A DNA stretch of 52,732 nucleotides from a virus (taxonomy: Duplodnaviria; Caudoviricetes): the IMG/VR virus record IMGVR_UViG_3300017913_000199, positions 1 to 52,732 of that record. One strand, given 5' to 3'. The notes beneath the pieces were generated by a model. It saw only the letters and a list, made by a program, of their open reading frames with translations, made no database searches and had not been told where the DNA came from. The translations under genes were made by a program, and so were the position numbers. Positions 16,839 through 26,841 of the stretch are shown piece by piece (the stretch's first letter is position 1; every line of letters begins with the position of its first letter).

Positions 16839-18036
16839 ACAGATACTTGGTTTCTGTCTCAACGCTAACTTCTTTGGTAGTGTCAAGAACATTATTGACA
16901 GGACAATGTTTGAAAAAGAGATGCGTGACATATTTGACACGCTGACATATTCGCACACCAAATACGGAAAAGATTTAACTATCAATGAGTTAGCTAGTCT
17001 ATTCAATGATCGCAACCCTGCTATGCCAGATGCGACTCGCAACAAAGTACAAGAAACTATTGCAACCCTAGATGTTGGCAACGCTGACAATGCTGACTTG
17101 CACCTAGACTTGGTACACAATTTCTGGTTGCGTGATCGTGCGAGGCAGATAGGGGAAAAGGCAATTGAGATATTTACAGGCGACAGTGAAGAGTTCGGTG
17201 AGTTGCGCCGCCTCATTGAAACTGTAGAGGATGGTCGCATCAGTGACAAAACTACCTACACTAAAGTTGAAGATGATTTGGATACCTTGCTAAACGATGA
17301 GGCTGGTGATCCAGACTTCCCTTTCGGCTATGACCTGATCGCAGAGAATGTGACAGGTCTAGACAGAGGTAACTTAGGTATTTTGTTTGCACGTCCTGAA
17401 GTTGGTAAGACTACATTCTGTTGCTTCCTTGCCGCATCGTACATCAGGCAAGGGTTCAAGGTTGTATATTGGGCGAACGAGGAACCAGCCCCAAAGATTA
17501 AGTTGCGTATCATCCAATCATACTTTGGTTTGACACGGGAAGAGATGGTCAGAGATAGAGTCAGCCTGTCGGTTAAATACGCCGATGAGATTGCCCCGTT
17601 GCTTACCATCATGGATTCAGTTGGTACGTCGGTTGAAGAGGTCGATGAATATGCCAAGCTGAACAAGCCTGACGTTATGTTTTGTGACCAGCTAGATAAG
17701 TTTCGTATCGCAGGTGAATTCAATCGTGGGGATGAGCGGCTCAAGGAAACCTATGTGTTTGCACGAGAAATAGCTAAAAGAAACAAGACCTTAGTGTGGG
17801 CGGTTAGTCAGGCAAACTATGAGGCACACGACAGACAGTGGATTGACTATTCTATGTTGGACAACTCACGCACGGGCAAGGCTGGTGAAGCTGACATCAT
17901 TATTGGTATTGGCAAGACAGGGTCTAGTGAGGTAGAAAATACCGTACGTCACATTTGCATATCTAAGAATAAGCTGAACGGGTGGCACGGTATGATCAAT
18001 GGTCAGATAGATATAGAACGCGGAATATATTACTGA
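16807..18036 (+). CDS. DnaB/T7 gp4-like replicative helicase
   Basis: ARPEVGKT, FCDQL, AVSQ, EADIIIG, KNK motifs. Confidence 0.93.
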   Translation: MSSYDPISIDKQILGFCLNANFFGSVKNIIDRTMFEKEMRDIFDTLTYSHTKYGKDLTINELASLFNDRNPAMPDATRNKVQETIATLDVGNADNADLHLDLVHNFWLRDRARQIGEKAIEIFTGDSEEFGELRRLIETVEDGRISDKTTYTKVEDDLDTLLNDEAGDPDFPFGYDLIAENVTGLDRGNLGILFARPEVGKTTFCCFLAASYIRQGFKVVYWANEEPAPKIKLRIIQSYFGLTREEMVRDRVSLSVKYADEIAPLLTIMDSVGTSVEEVDEYAKLNKPDVMFCDQLDKFRIAGEFNRGDERLKETYVFAREIAKRNKTLVWAVSQANYEAHDRQWIDYSMLDNSRTGKAGEADIIIGIGKTGSSEVENTVRHICISKNKLNGWHGMINGQIDIERGIYY

Positions 18037-18317
18037 TGGTACACAGAAATACATTGCGTAATCGTAGACTGCGTGAAAGCAGGGGGCGGTGGCTTGACAT
18101 ATACAAGCGCAATAAGGGCTGTGAGATGTGTGGTTACAACGCTGATGCTACTGCATTGCAATTCGATCACATAGATAGGTCAACTAAAGTAAACTCTATA
18201 TCGAACATGCGGCATTTTAATTTATCTACATTAATTCAAGAACTTAGAAAGTGTCGTATACTATGTGCGAACTGCCATCACATACATAGTAATAAGCAAA
18301 GGAAAGAAGACGAATGA
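18036..18317 (+). CDS. HNH endonuclease
   Basis: CxxC...FDH...LCANCH. Confidence 0.8.
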   Translation: MVHRNTLRNRRLRESRGRWLDIYKRNKGCEMCGYNADATALQFDHIDRSTKVNSISNMRHFNLSTLIQELRKCRILCANCHHIHSNKQRKEDE

Positions 18318-18898
18318 ACATCCTGACCTTCGACGTGGAAACAACCCACATCCATAAAGATAGTGGCGGCACTACTGCCCTGCCATACTTTGGAAACCGA
18401 CTCGTATCCATCGGGTACAAGCGTCTGTCTTCACCCTACATACACTACCACTGCTACTACCACGCAGATAGGCAAGCCCACGACTTTGCTCCTGAATTGT
18501 TTCAAGATGCACTTGACGAAGCCGATGTAGTTGTGGGACAAAACATAAAGTTTGATTTATCTTGGATACGGGAGTGCGGGTTTATTTACGACGGTGACAT
18601 TTATGATACGATGGTGGCGGAATATATTTTATCGAAAGCCCAGCGTTGGCCTCTTGGACTTGCTGCTCTTGCAGAAAAGTATGACGTTACCCGCAAGGAG
18701 AAAGACCTTGTTGAGCCGTATCTTAAAAGCGGTAAGACATTCTACGATATACCGTGGGAGATAGTAGAAGAGTACGGTAAAGCTGACGTACTTGCTACAG
18801 AAGAAATTGCAGTTAAACAGCTTGAAGCCTTTGGCACTACCTTTGAGGAACTATACAATGCAGCGGACTTTACTACCAACCTTGAGACTGTCGCTTGA
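18314..18898 (+). CDS. 3'-5' exonuclease (stand-alone proofreading domain of the DNA polymerase)
   Basis: ExoI FDVET, ExoII QNIKFD, YDTM, ExoIII YGKAD. Confidence 0.9.
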   Translation: MNILTFDVETTHIHKDSGGTTALPYFGNRLVSIGYKRLSSPYIHYHCYYHADRQAHDFAPELFQDALDEADVVVGQNIKFDLSWIRECGFIYDGDIYDTMVAEYILSKAQRWPLGLAALAEKYDVTRKEKDLVEPYLKSGKTFYDIPWEIVEEYGKADVLATEEIAVKQLEAFGTTFEELYNAADFTTNLETVA

Positions 18899-20399
18899 GA
18901 TGACAGACGTTCTGGCTCGTATGGAGCAGAACGGATTGAAGATTAACTTGGATACCCTAGAAGATATCCGACAGGAATACCAACAGGAAATGGATGAACT
19001 TGAGGTTCGCCTAGAACGCCTTGCACGGGATGCTATGGGCGACACCCCTGTCAACCTGTCTAGCCCCGATGACAGAAGCGTGTTGCTCTATTCACGGCGT
19101 GTTAAAGATAAGAAGACATGGTCGCGTGTGTTCAACTTGGGACACGAGATGCGCGGCAACACAATGAAGCCTAAGATGCGTACACGGATGAAGCGCGGCG
19201 AGTTCAAGTCTGCCGTAAAGAACATGACTGAGGTTGTGTACAAGACACGGGGTCAGCAGTGTGATGAGTGTAAGGGTGAGGGTCGGTTTCATCCACGCAA
19301 GAAGGATGGCACGATAGGAAAGGCTGTTCGTGTCTGTCGGCGGTGTGACGGGGCTGGTGTTCTTTACATACCTACACGGGAAGTAGCCGGATTCAAGCTG
19401 ATACCCCGTGACCCAATGGATACGGCATCGGCAGGGTTCAAGACCGACAAGGCCACATTGGAAAACCGACAAACCGACTTGTCTGGTGATGCCCACGAGT
19501 TCGTTGTAGCCTATGTGCGCTACAGTGCGTTGCGTACTTACCTGTCAACTTTTGTAGAAGGAATGAAAAATAATGTTGACGAAAATAGTTTCATCCATCC
19601 AGAATTCATGCAGTGTATTACGGCGACAGGTCGTCTTTCGTCTAGAAATCCTAACTTTCAGAATATGCCGCGTGGAAGTACCTTCGCTATACGGAAGGTT
19701 GTCGAGAGCCGCTTCACGGGCGGTTTTATACTTGAAGGGGATTACTCGCAACTAGAGTTCAGGGTGGCTGGTTTCCTGTCTAAAGACGGACAAGCCTACA
19801 TCGATGTGAAGGATGGTACAGATGTTCACAGCTATACTGCAAGTGTTATCGGATGCACACGTCAAGAAGCAAAGGCGCACACGTTCAAACCTTTGTATGG
19901 CGGTGTCAGTGGTACAGAAAACCAGCAACGCTATTATCGTGCGTTTAAAGAAAAGTATGAGGGCGTTACTGAGTGGCACAAAGAACTGCAGAAAGAAGCA
20001 GTGCGAACCAAAGTAATTACCCTGCCCAGCGGCAGACAGTATGCTTTCCCATCTGCACGTTGGACTGAGTGGGGTACAGCTACAAACCGTACGGCTATCT
20101 GTAACTATCCAGTACAAGGGTTTGCAACAGCCGACTTGTTGCCAGCCGCATTGGTTCGCCTAGATAAGATGATGCGATCAAGAAAATTAAATTCTGTAAT
20201 CTGCAACACCGTGCACGATTCGATTGTATTGGATGTACACCCAGATGAAAAAGAGGCTTGCATCAACCTATTAGCCTATGCTATGCAGAGTTTACCTGAA
20301 GAAACAGTTAATCGGTATGGTGTCGAGTATGACATGCCTGTCGGAATAGAATTAAAAATAGGCAAAAATTGGCTTGACTCAGAAGAAATAGAACTGTAA
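18858..20399 (+). CDS. polA: Family A DNA polymerase domain with DnaJ-type zinc-finger insertion
   Basis: CDECKGEG and CRRCDGAG; TGRLSS, PNFQN, DYSQLEFR, KAHTFKPLYG, NYPVQG, VHDS; GAGGA RBS before ATG 18858. Confidence 0.93.
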   Translation: MQRTLLPTLRLSLEMTDVLARMEQNGLKINLDTLEDIRQEYQQEMDELEVRLERLARDAMGDTPVNLSSPDDRSVLLYSRRVKDKKTWSRVFNLGHEMRGNTMKPKMRTRMKRGEFKSAVKNMTEVVYKTRGQQCDECKGEGRFHPRKKDGTIGKAVRVCRRCDGAGVLYIPTREVAGFKLIPRDPMDTASAGFKTDKATLENRQTDLSGDAHEFVVAYVRYSALRTYLSTFVEGMKNNVDENSFIHPEFMQCITATGRLSSRNPNFQNMPRGSTFAIRKVVESRFTGGFILEGDYSQLEFRVAGFLSKDGQAYIDVKDGTDVHSYTASVIGCTRQEAKAHTFKPLYGGVSGTENQQRYYRAFKEKYEGVTEWHKELQKEAVRTKVITLPSGRQYAFPSARWTEWGTATNRTAICNYPVQGFATADLLPAALVRLDKMMRSRKLNSVICNTVHDSIVLDVHPDEKEACINLLAYAMQSLPEETVNRYGVEYDMPVGIELKIGKNWLDSEEIEL

Positions 20400-20402
20400 T
20401 AT
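20374..20402 (+). promoter_or_regulatory. Sigma70-like promoter upstream of SSB
   Basis: TTGACT-17bp-TAATAT. Confidence 0.65.
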
Positions 20403-20438
20403 CTATCTACAACCCTAGAAAAAGGAGCATGATCTATC

Positions 20439-21299
20439 ATGGATACAGGGACAGACGTAATGAATATTGACGATATGGACGCAATTGTTTCAGCATTTAA
20501 TAACGACGATGCTGAAGCCCTAATGGAAGCAAGCGGTCAAGGCGGTAATAGCAACCGTCAGGTCGGTTTGCCCCGCATTAATATTAACTACGATGCAGAG
20601 ACTGAAGATGGTCAGACCTTGCCTCGTGGTGCTTGGAAGATGTACCTAGATGGTCGGTTTATCTACGCCGAAAAGGTTATATTCCGCCCTATCTTGCGTA
20701 CCTTTGAGTACAGTGTGTGGGATCAGGAAAGCGGCACGTTTTCATCTAAGTCGGTACAGAAACCGACGCTTTCGGGTATGTTCCCAGACACAACTGGTGG
20801 CAACAAGTGTGGTCGCTTGACCCGTGAAGAAGAAGATCGTCTGCCAAAAGACGATATTGCCTACCTAAACTCTCGTGCCGTTGTTTGTAATCAGGTTCTT
20901 TATGGTAAGATATCTGGTGACTTCAAGACAGCGGACGGAACCGACGTGAAGATTGAAGACCAGCCAGTGGTTGCGTACTTCAAGCGTTCCGGTTTCAAAC
21001 CCATCAGCGATTTTATCGGCGGCTTGTCTAAGCAAAAGAAGCTTATGCAGAAGTGTGAAATCTCCCTTACTACACACCGCCATAAAAATGGTAGCGTAAC
21101 TTTCTGGACTCCTGTACCAGCACTGGAGAAGGAAGTCGATATCACAGATCAGGACAAGGAACTCATGGGCTTGTTTGCAGAGACTGTAAAGGGTCACAAT
21201 GAGAACGTTATGAATCAGCATCGTGAGGCTGTTAAGCTTCTTGCTGACGATGACGACATCGATCTGGCGGCGGACTTCGAAGATGCTAACGCTGCTTAA
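20439..21299 (+). CDS. Putative single-stranded DNA-binding protein
   Basis: Position after polymerase, beta-rich core, acidic C-terminal tail, strong RBS. Confidence 0.6.
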   Translation: MDTGTDVMNIDDMDAIVSAFNNDDAEALMEASGQGGNSNRQVGLPRININYDAETEDGQTLPRGAWKMYLDGRFIYAEKVIFRPILRTFEYSVWDQESGTFSSKSVQKPTLSGMFPDTTGGNKCGRLTREEEDRLPKDDIAYLNSRAVVCNQVLYGKISGDFKTADGTDVKIEDQPVVAYFKRSGFKPISDFIGGLSKQKKLMQKCEISLTTHRHKNGSVTFWTPVPALEKEVDITDQDKELMGLFAETVKGHNENVMNQHREAVKLLADDDDIDLAADFEDANAA

Positions 21300-22176
21300 A
21301 ATACAAGACTACATGACTAAGGCTCTCAGGGGGGAAACTACTGTCTCCCCTGAGACTCTTTCTGCATTTCAAAAAGAATGCAGCGACTCTGTAGTTAAAC
21401 AACTTACAACTGAACGTGGTGGTTACCGTATTCGTATGTCGGGCTTGGGTCGTCCTCTTTGCCAACAGGTGTTGGATAAACAGGGCATCAAGGAAGAGAT
21501 GGAATACAATACCCTGTTCAGGTTTATGTTCGGTGATCTAACCGAATCTATCATCATGCTAATTATGAAAGAGGCGGGGGTAGACATCGTTGACTACCAA
21601 CGTGCTGTTGAATTGAAGATTGGTGATGAGGTTGTAAACGGAACCCTTGACGTTATCATCCGCGATGAGATGGGCGTTGAAAAGGTTTGGGATGTCAAGT
21701 CAGCCAGTGATTGGGCATTCAACTATAAGTTTACAGGATTAGGCGGGTATGAAAAGCTAAAGGAAGATGATCCCTTTGGCTATCTTATGCAAGGATTCTT
21801 GTATGCCGAAGCAACCGACATGCCGTTTGGCGGGTGGATTGTCGTGAACAAATCCAACGGGCAGGTAGCTATTGTTGAGGTTCCAGACTGGTCACAAGAT
21901 GACAAAGAAGCATACCTGAAGGATGCAGCAGAGCGTATCAAGTTTCTTAACAACCCAGACGTAAAGCCATTCAAGCCGTACAAGGCTGTGCCCGAAACAT
22001 ACAAGAAGGATGGCGAGATTGTAGAGACTGGAAACAAACTACTGCCTAAAGAATGTAACCTGTGTGGTTACAGACACCATTGCTGGCCTAATGCGATCTT
22101 GCACGACCGTGTTACGTCACGGGCGAAGAATCCACCACAAGTGTGGTATTCTAGCCTAAAGAAGAAAGACGTGTGA
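21283..22176 (+). CDS. PD-(D/E)XK (Cas4/RecB-like) exonuclease
   Basis: GTLD...WDVKS, QGFLY, C-terminal CNLCGYRHHC. Confidence 0.85.
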   Translation: MLTLLKIQDYMTKALRGETTVSPETLSAFQKECSDSVVKQLTTERGGYRIRMSGLGRPLCQQVLDKQGIKEEMEYNTLFRFMFGDLTESIIMLIMKEAGVDIVDYQRAVELKIGDEVVNGTLDVIIRDEMGVEKVWDVKSASDWAFNYKFTGLGGYEKLKEDDPFGYLMQGFLYAEATDMPFGGWIVVNKSNGQVAIVEVPDWSQDDKEAYLKDAAERIKFLNNPDVKPFKPYKAVPETYKKDGEIVETGNKLLPKECNLCGYRHHCWPNAILHDRVTSRAKNPPQVWYSSLKKKDV

Positions 22177-22556
22177 TGCCGTACTTGTTTGTTAAGAACT
22201 ATGAGGTGGATCTGATGAGCATGAACAAAAGCTTGCATCATATCTACATCGAGTCGGCTTCCAAGTCTGGGGGAGAACGTCGGGTAGCCCAGATGCGCTT
22301 GCATGAAAATGGGCTACCCCTCACTCTTGTGAACAATTATAGCAAGGATGGATCTCTTCAAGCAGAAACTGAAGTGCGAGACATGCGAACTGTAGAAGAA
22401 GAATTACAGAAAATCAGTAGAACAGCATTTAGCGGGGCTTATGTATGTGTGCCGATGCACCCTTTAACAACAGAACTTACCAACATCGAAAGACTATCCC
22501 CAAAACTGGCAGGGTACTTGATAAAAAGATTTCAGTCGATAGGATTAGAGTTTTGA
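22176..22556 (+). CDS. Hypothetical protein
   Basis: Translationally coupled ORF. Confidence 0.7.
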   Translation: MPYLFVKNYEVDLMSMNKSLHHIYIESASKSGGERRVAQMRLHENGLPLTLVNNYSKDGSLQAETEVRDMRTVEEELQKISRTAFSGAYVCVPMHPLTTELTNIERLSPKLAGYLIKRFQSIGLEF

Positions 22557-22921
22557 AAAAAGCGGGATACAGATCACAGTTCGAACTTAATTTAGCTAGG
22601 ATACTTACAGATAACAAAGTTCCTTTTGAATATGAAAATTCTAAATTCCAATATATTCCCGAACCCCGTAACTATACACCAGATTTTTATCTTCCTGAAA
22701 GCGACATATACGTTGAAGCAAAGGGACACCTGACCAAAGATGACAGGGTAAAGATGCTGCTTGTAAAGAGGCAGCACCCTGAGTTGGACATACGATTTGT
22801 GTTCCTAAGAGCGTCGAATAAGATTTACAAAGGCAGTAAGACGACGTATGCTGCATGGTGTGAACGGTATAAATTTGAGTGGGCAGAAGGTACGATACCC
22901 ACAGATTGGTATAAAAAATGA
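22553..22921 (+). CDS. Endonuclease I (T7 gp3-like Holliday junction resolvase)
   Basis: YRSQFE, YTPDF, VEAKG, LDIRFVF; TTG start overlapping upstream stop. Confidence 0.92.
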   Translation: MKKAGYRSQFELNLARILTDNKVPFEYENSKFQYIPEPRNYTPDFYLPESDIYVEAKGHLTKDDRVKMLLVKRQHPELDIRFVFLRASNKIYKGSKTTYAAWCERYKFEWAEGTIPTDWYKK

Positions 22922-23271
22922 ACGACAACGACGAATTTAATCAGGCTATGGAAGCAGCATCCCTATTACCAGACAGGTATTACATCATACTAAGACCGAC
23001 AGGTAACGGCGAATTTACCTTGTCAGCATACGATACGACAGGTAATACATATGATGACGATGAAGATTTCAACCCTGCTATGTTGATACAGGAAGGCGCA
23101 ATTGATATGATACGACTTCATACAGATGAACTGTACGATCAAGGTGTAGCGTCTGTAAAGTTTCGTCTGGCAGGGCAAGAGATGCTTGATGAAGCAGAGG
23201 TTGAAGACCCCAAGCTTATCAAGTCGGTTGAAGACAATGTGATTAGAGTGGACTTTGGTACAGAACAATGA
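22918..23271 (+). CDS. Hypothetical acidic protein
   Basis: Coupled ORF ending NVIRVDF. Confidence 0.75.
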   Translation: MNDNDEFNQAMEAASLLPDRYYIILRPTGNGEFTLSAYDTTGNTYDDDEDFNPAMLIQEGAIDMIRLHTDELYDQGVASVKFRLAGQEMLDEAEVEDPKLIKSVEDNVIRVDFGTEQ

Positions 23272-23588
23272 GACACGAACAATTTATGAAATCTAAGATA
23301 GATGTAGGTAGCATAGAAGACTACCCGCCATCTTATGATCTAGCAGAACAAGCAGGTAAAGAAGCGTACGGGGGTGTAGATCTTGTCAACAGTCCGGCAC
23401 ACTACAATCAAGCAGGTGTCGAGTGCATTGAAGCAATCGCGGCGGCGACAGACGATGGGTTTCAATACTACCTGCAAGGAAACATCATCAAATACCTCTG
23501 GCGGTACAGATACAAAAACGGAATCGAAGACCTTAAAAAAGCCCAGTGGTACCTCAACAAACTGATCGAAACAACAGAGAAGGAATAA
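23268..23588 (+). CDS. DUF3310 protein (T7 gp1.7-like nucleotide kinase)
   Basis: VNSPAHY, ECIEAI, GNIIKYLWRY, EDLKKAQWYL. Confidence 0.88.
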   Translation: MRHEQFMKSKIDVGSIEDYPPSYDLAEQAGKEAYGGVDLVNSPAHYNQAGVECIEAIAAATDDGFQYYLQGNIIKYLWRYRYKNGIEDLKKAQWYLNKLIETTEKE

Positions 23589-23591
23589 GAC

Positions 23592-25520
23592 ATGAGCAAC
23601 ATGCTACCAACACCATATCAACAATTCATTCACAAGTCACGCTACGCACGTTGGCTAGACGATGAACAACGCCGTGAAAACTGGGACGAGACTGTGGATC
23701 GATACGTCGGTTTCATGGACAATCAGATTCAAGGCAAGTGCGGTATCAAGCTAGATAAAGAAACAGCAGACGAACTGCGTGAAGCTATATTAAGTCTCGA
23801 TGTCATGCCATCTATGAGAGCAATGATGACAGCAGGTCCGGCTCTTGCTCGTGACAATATCTGCGGCTATAACTGTAGCTACATTCCTGTTGATAGCCCC
23901 CGTGCGTTCGATGAATGTATGTATATTCTGATGTGTGGCACTGGTGTCGGGTTTAGTGTGGAGAGAGAAAATGTCGATAAACTTCCTGTGGTTTCCGACA
24001 ACTTTAATAAATCTGACATAACTATAAAAGTTGCTGATAGTAAACCCGGATGGGCTAAATCTTTACGTGAACTAATTGCGTTGTTGTATGCAGGTCAGGT
24101 ACCAAGCTGGGATGTTTCTGAGATACGGGGAGCAGGTTCACGTTTGAAAGTGATGGGGGGACGTGCAAGCGGACCACAGCCGCTGCTAGACCTATTTGAT
24201 TTTACTGTTAGTATATTCAAGAAAGCTAAAGGGCGTCGGTTGTTTCCTATTGAATGCCACGACATCATGTGTAAGATAGGCGAGGTTGTAGTTGTAGGTG
24301 GCGTACGTCGTTCTGCACTGATTAGCCTATCTAACCTAAACGATGATCAGATGGCTCATGCCAAGTCGGGCATGTGGTGGGAAAATGAAGGCCAACGTGC
24401 ACTGGCAAACAATTCTGTAGCGTATAAAACGAAGCCAGAGATGGGTACGTTTATGCGTGAGTGGCTTGCCTTGTATGACAGCAAGTCCGGTGAGCGTGGT
24501 ATGTTTAACCGTGAGGCGGCAGACAAGCAAGTCGGTCGTAACGGACGCCGTGAGCAAGGTCACATGTGGGGAACCAACCCGTGTTCTGAAATTATCTTGC
24601 GCGGCTATCAGTTCTGTAACTTATCAGAGGTTGTGGTTCGTGAAGCCGACTCGTTGGATGATCTCAAGCGTAAGGTTCGTCTTGCAACTATCTTGGGAAC
24701 CCTACAATCCACCTTGACAGACTTTAAATATTTGAGGAAGATATGGAAGGACAACACAGAGGAAGAGCGTTTGTTAGGTGTATCCTTGACTGGTATCATG
24801 GATCATCCCGTGCTTTCAAAGAACGTAGACAGCAAGCGTTGGCTAGAAGAAATGCGACAAGAGGCAGTCGATACGAACGAGAAATTTGCCCTCATGCTTG
24901 GAATACCACAGAGTGCAGCAATCACCTGTGTAAAGCCATCGGGTACTGTATCTCAACTCGTGGACGCAGCTAGTGGTATTCACGCACGACATAACGATTA
25001 CTACATCCGCACAGTTCGTGGTGACAACAAAGACCCCTTGACACAGTTCCTTATTGAGCAGGGACTTCACAACGAACGTGACATGATGAAGCCTGATAGT
25101 GTTACCGTGTTCTCGTTTGCTATGAAGTCACCAGAGGGTGCAGTGACACGCACACAGATGACAGCTATTCAACAGCTAGAATTGTGGAAGACGTATGCAA
25201 TTCATTGGTGCGAACACAAGCCTTCTATCACCGTTACTGTAAAAGAAAACGAGTGGATGGAAGTTGGTGCGTGGGTGTATGAAAACTTTGACGTGGCGTC
25301 AGGGGTATCGTTCTTGCCTCACAGCGATCACACATATCAACAAGCCCCGTATCAGGACATCGAACCCGATGAATACCTAGAATGGCGCGAACAATACAAG
25401 GATGTTGTTATCGACTGGAACAAGTTGACAGAGTTTGAAAAAGAGGATAACACTACTGGATCTAGAGAACTGGCATGTACTGCTGGTGTGTGTGAAGTAG
25501 TGGATTTGAACGCGGCATGA
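23592..25520 (+). CDS. nrdJ: Class II adenosylcobalamin-dependent ribonucleotide reductase
   Basis: YNC, GGVRRSA, TNPCSEI, CNLSE, TCVKPSGT, C-terminal CTAGVCE; no beta subunit gene present. Confidence 0.92.
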   Translation: MSNMLPTPYQQFIHKSRYARWLDDEQRRENWDETVDRYVGFMDNQIQGKCGIKLDKETADELREAILSLDVMPSMRAMMTAGPALARDNICGYNCSYIPVDSPRAFDECMYILMCGTGVGFSVERENVDKLPVVSDNFNKSDITIKVADSKPGWAKSLRELIALLYAGQVPSWDVSEIRGAGSRLKVMGGRASGPQPLLDLFDFTVSIFKKAKGRRLFPIECHDIMCKIGEVVVVGGVRRSALISLSNLNDDQMAHAKSGMWWENEGQRALANNSVAYKTKPEMGTFMREWLALYDSKSGERGMFNREAADKQVGRNGRREQGHMWGTNPCSEIILRGYQFCNLSEVVVREADSLDDLKRKVRLATILGTLQSTLTDFKYLRKIWKDNTEEERLLGVSLTGIMDHPVLSKNVDSKRWLEEMRQEAVDTNEKFALMLGIPQSAAITCVKPSGTVSQLVDAASGIHARHNDYYIRTVRGDNKDPLTQFLIEQGLHNERDMMKPDSVTVFSFAMKSPEGAVTRTQMTAIQQLELWKTYAIHWCEHKPSITVTVKENEWMEVGAWVYENFDVASGVSFLPHSDHTYQQAPYQDIEPDEYLEWREQYKDVVIDWNKLTEFEKEDNTTGSRELACTAGVCEVVDLNAA

Positions 25521-25684
25521 ACTGTTGGCATTGTAGTTACAACTTGACTTGGGGCGGTGACCATGATACGGATGATGATCCAGATCATTCTATGGTCACC
25601 AACCTTAGTTGTGCCAACTGCGGCTCGTTTGTTTTAGTCTATTTACCTAGAGAAGAAGATGATACAAATAAAAATAACTCCTAG
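25517..25684 (+). CDS. 55-aa zinc-ribbon protein
   Basis: Manual translation MNCWHC...WGGDHD...LSCANCG; ATGA coupling. Confidence 0.7.
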   Translation: MNCWHCSYNLTWGGDHDTDDDPDHSMVTNLSCANCGSFVLVYLPREEDDTNKNNS

Positions 25685-26147
25685 CATCATTGCCCGTGCC
25701 AAAAAGAAAGCCGCCTCTGTAGGTAATTTACAGGGCAGCATAACGGGCAGTCTATCTAATGTTGTCGGTGCTATTGGTGAGATTATCGTACAGGATTACA
25801 CTGGCGGTATCGAAGCCAACAGTAAAGACTTTGACTTGATGGTAGGAAACCGACGTGTTGACGTAAAGACTAAGCGGTGCAACACAACCCCTTCACCTAA
25901 CTATGATTGTTCTGTGGCGGCACACGGTACGAAACAAGACTGCGATAGCTATGTCTTTGTCCGCATCCTTACCGATCACAGCAAGGCTTGGATATTGGGA
26001 GAAATACCCAAAGCAGACTATTACAAGAAGGCAATCAAATATCGGGTGGGTGATGTTGATCCTGCCAACGGCTTTGTTTTCAAAGCTGACTGTTATAACC
26101 TAGCAATACAAGAACTAGAGACTGTCAATGGCAAAGAAGCAGCATAA
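25659..26147 (+). CDS. Putative PD-(D/E)XK nuclease
   Basis: GAIGE...DFDL...VDVKTK. Confidence 0.65.
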   Translation: MIQIKITPSIIARAKKKAASVGNLQGSITGSLSNVVGAIGEIIVQDYTGGIEANSKDFDLMVGNRRVDVKTKRCNTTPSPNYDCSVAAHGTKQDCDSYVFVRILTDHSKAWILGEIPKADYYKKAIKYRVGDVDPANGFVFKADCYNLAIQELETVNGKEAA

Positions 26148-26352
26148 GGCTAACCTATTTCAATTTACAGCGTACTTGAATCAGGATGGAAACGTGGAAC
26201 TCATGTGGGATGGCGTACCACCTAGCGAGTTTGAATCCGCAATGAATAAAGGGATGCCAGAGTATGAAGGTGCACACTCAATAGCATCCCTGTTAAGGTA
26301 TCTCAGATCGATGGGTGATGAAATGATGGAGAAATCCAGTCGGTTTATTTAG
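26128..26352 (+). CDS. Hypothetical protein (last plus-strand gene)
   Basis: Coupled ORF. Confidence 0.7.
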   Translation: MAKKQHKANLFQFTAYLNQDGNVELMWDGVPPSEFESAMNKGMPEYEGAHSIASLLRYLRSMGDEMMEKSSRFI

Positions 26353-26509
26353 ACTTTTTATGCACCTTCTGTATTTCAAATCTTGCACGAATAGAAGACC
26401 CCTTATGCCGCTTGTATCCGGTTGAGGGGTTTTTCATTAGCTTATAGCTGCCATCACGTTGTTTCATCCAGTGATAGCCTTTAGGAGCACGTACGTATTT
26501 AGTTGCCAC
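26345..26509 (-). CDS. 54-aa basic protein
   Basis: Manual translation (GTG)ATKYVRAPKGYHWMK... Confidence 0.6.
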   Translation of the reverse strand: MATKYVRAPKGYHWMKQRDGSYKLMKNPSTGYKRHKGSSIRARFEIQKVHKKSK

Positions 26510-26834
26510 GCTTCTTTGCCTTTCCGCCGTACATCATCTTGCCAACGCCATCTGCTGCATAGAACGGAACTTTCTTTCCGTCCTTTTCTACCATTTTTAG
26601 TCTTCCGCCTTCGTTCATGCCAACACGTTGCTGTGACGTAGGCATAGGTGCCGCTGGCATCATCGGAGACATACTAGCCATAGGCTGTTTCTGTTGAGGA
26701 GAAGACATGGTGTTGCCCCCCATCTGCATTTTCTTACGAGGTTTGGTTGCCTTGCCACCATACATCATAGGTTTACGGGTATTTCCCCCGTACATCATAG
26801 CTTTGCGCTGGCCGTTGTGATACTGTTTCATCAT
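26499..26834 (-). CDS. Basic Met-rich protein with repeated xxxGG motifs
   Basis: MMYGG x3, MQMGG, MNEGG. Confidence 0.75.
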   Translation of the reverse strand: MMKQYHNGQRKAMMYGGNTRKPMMYGGKATKPRKKMQMGGNTMSSPQQKQPMASMSPMMPAAPMPTSQQRVGMNEGGRLKMVEKDGKKVPFYAADGVGKMMYGGKAKKRGN

Positions 26835-26841
26835 TTCATCC

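Noticed and set aside
21283-22176. Cas4-like nuclease as evidence of CRISPR
   Set aside because: Stand-alone PD-(D/E)XK exonucleases are routine in phage replication modules, and there is no array
26390-26435. Hairpin near the convergence of the two arms as a bidirectional terminator
   Set aside because: It is imperfect, has a large loop and lies inside a plausible 54-aa ORF, so support is insufficient
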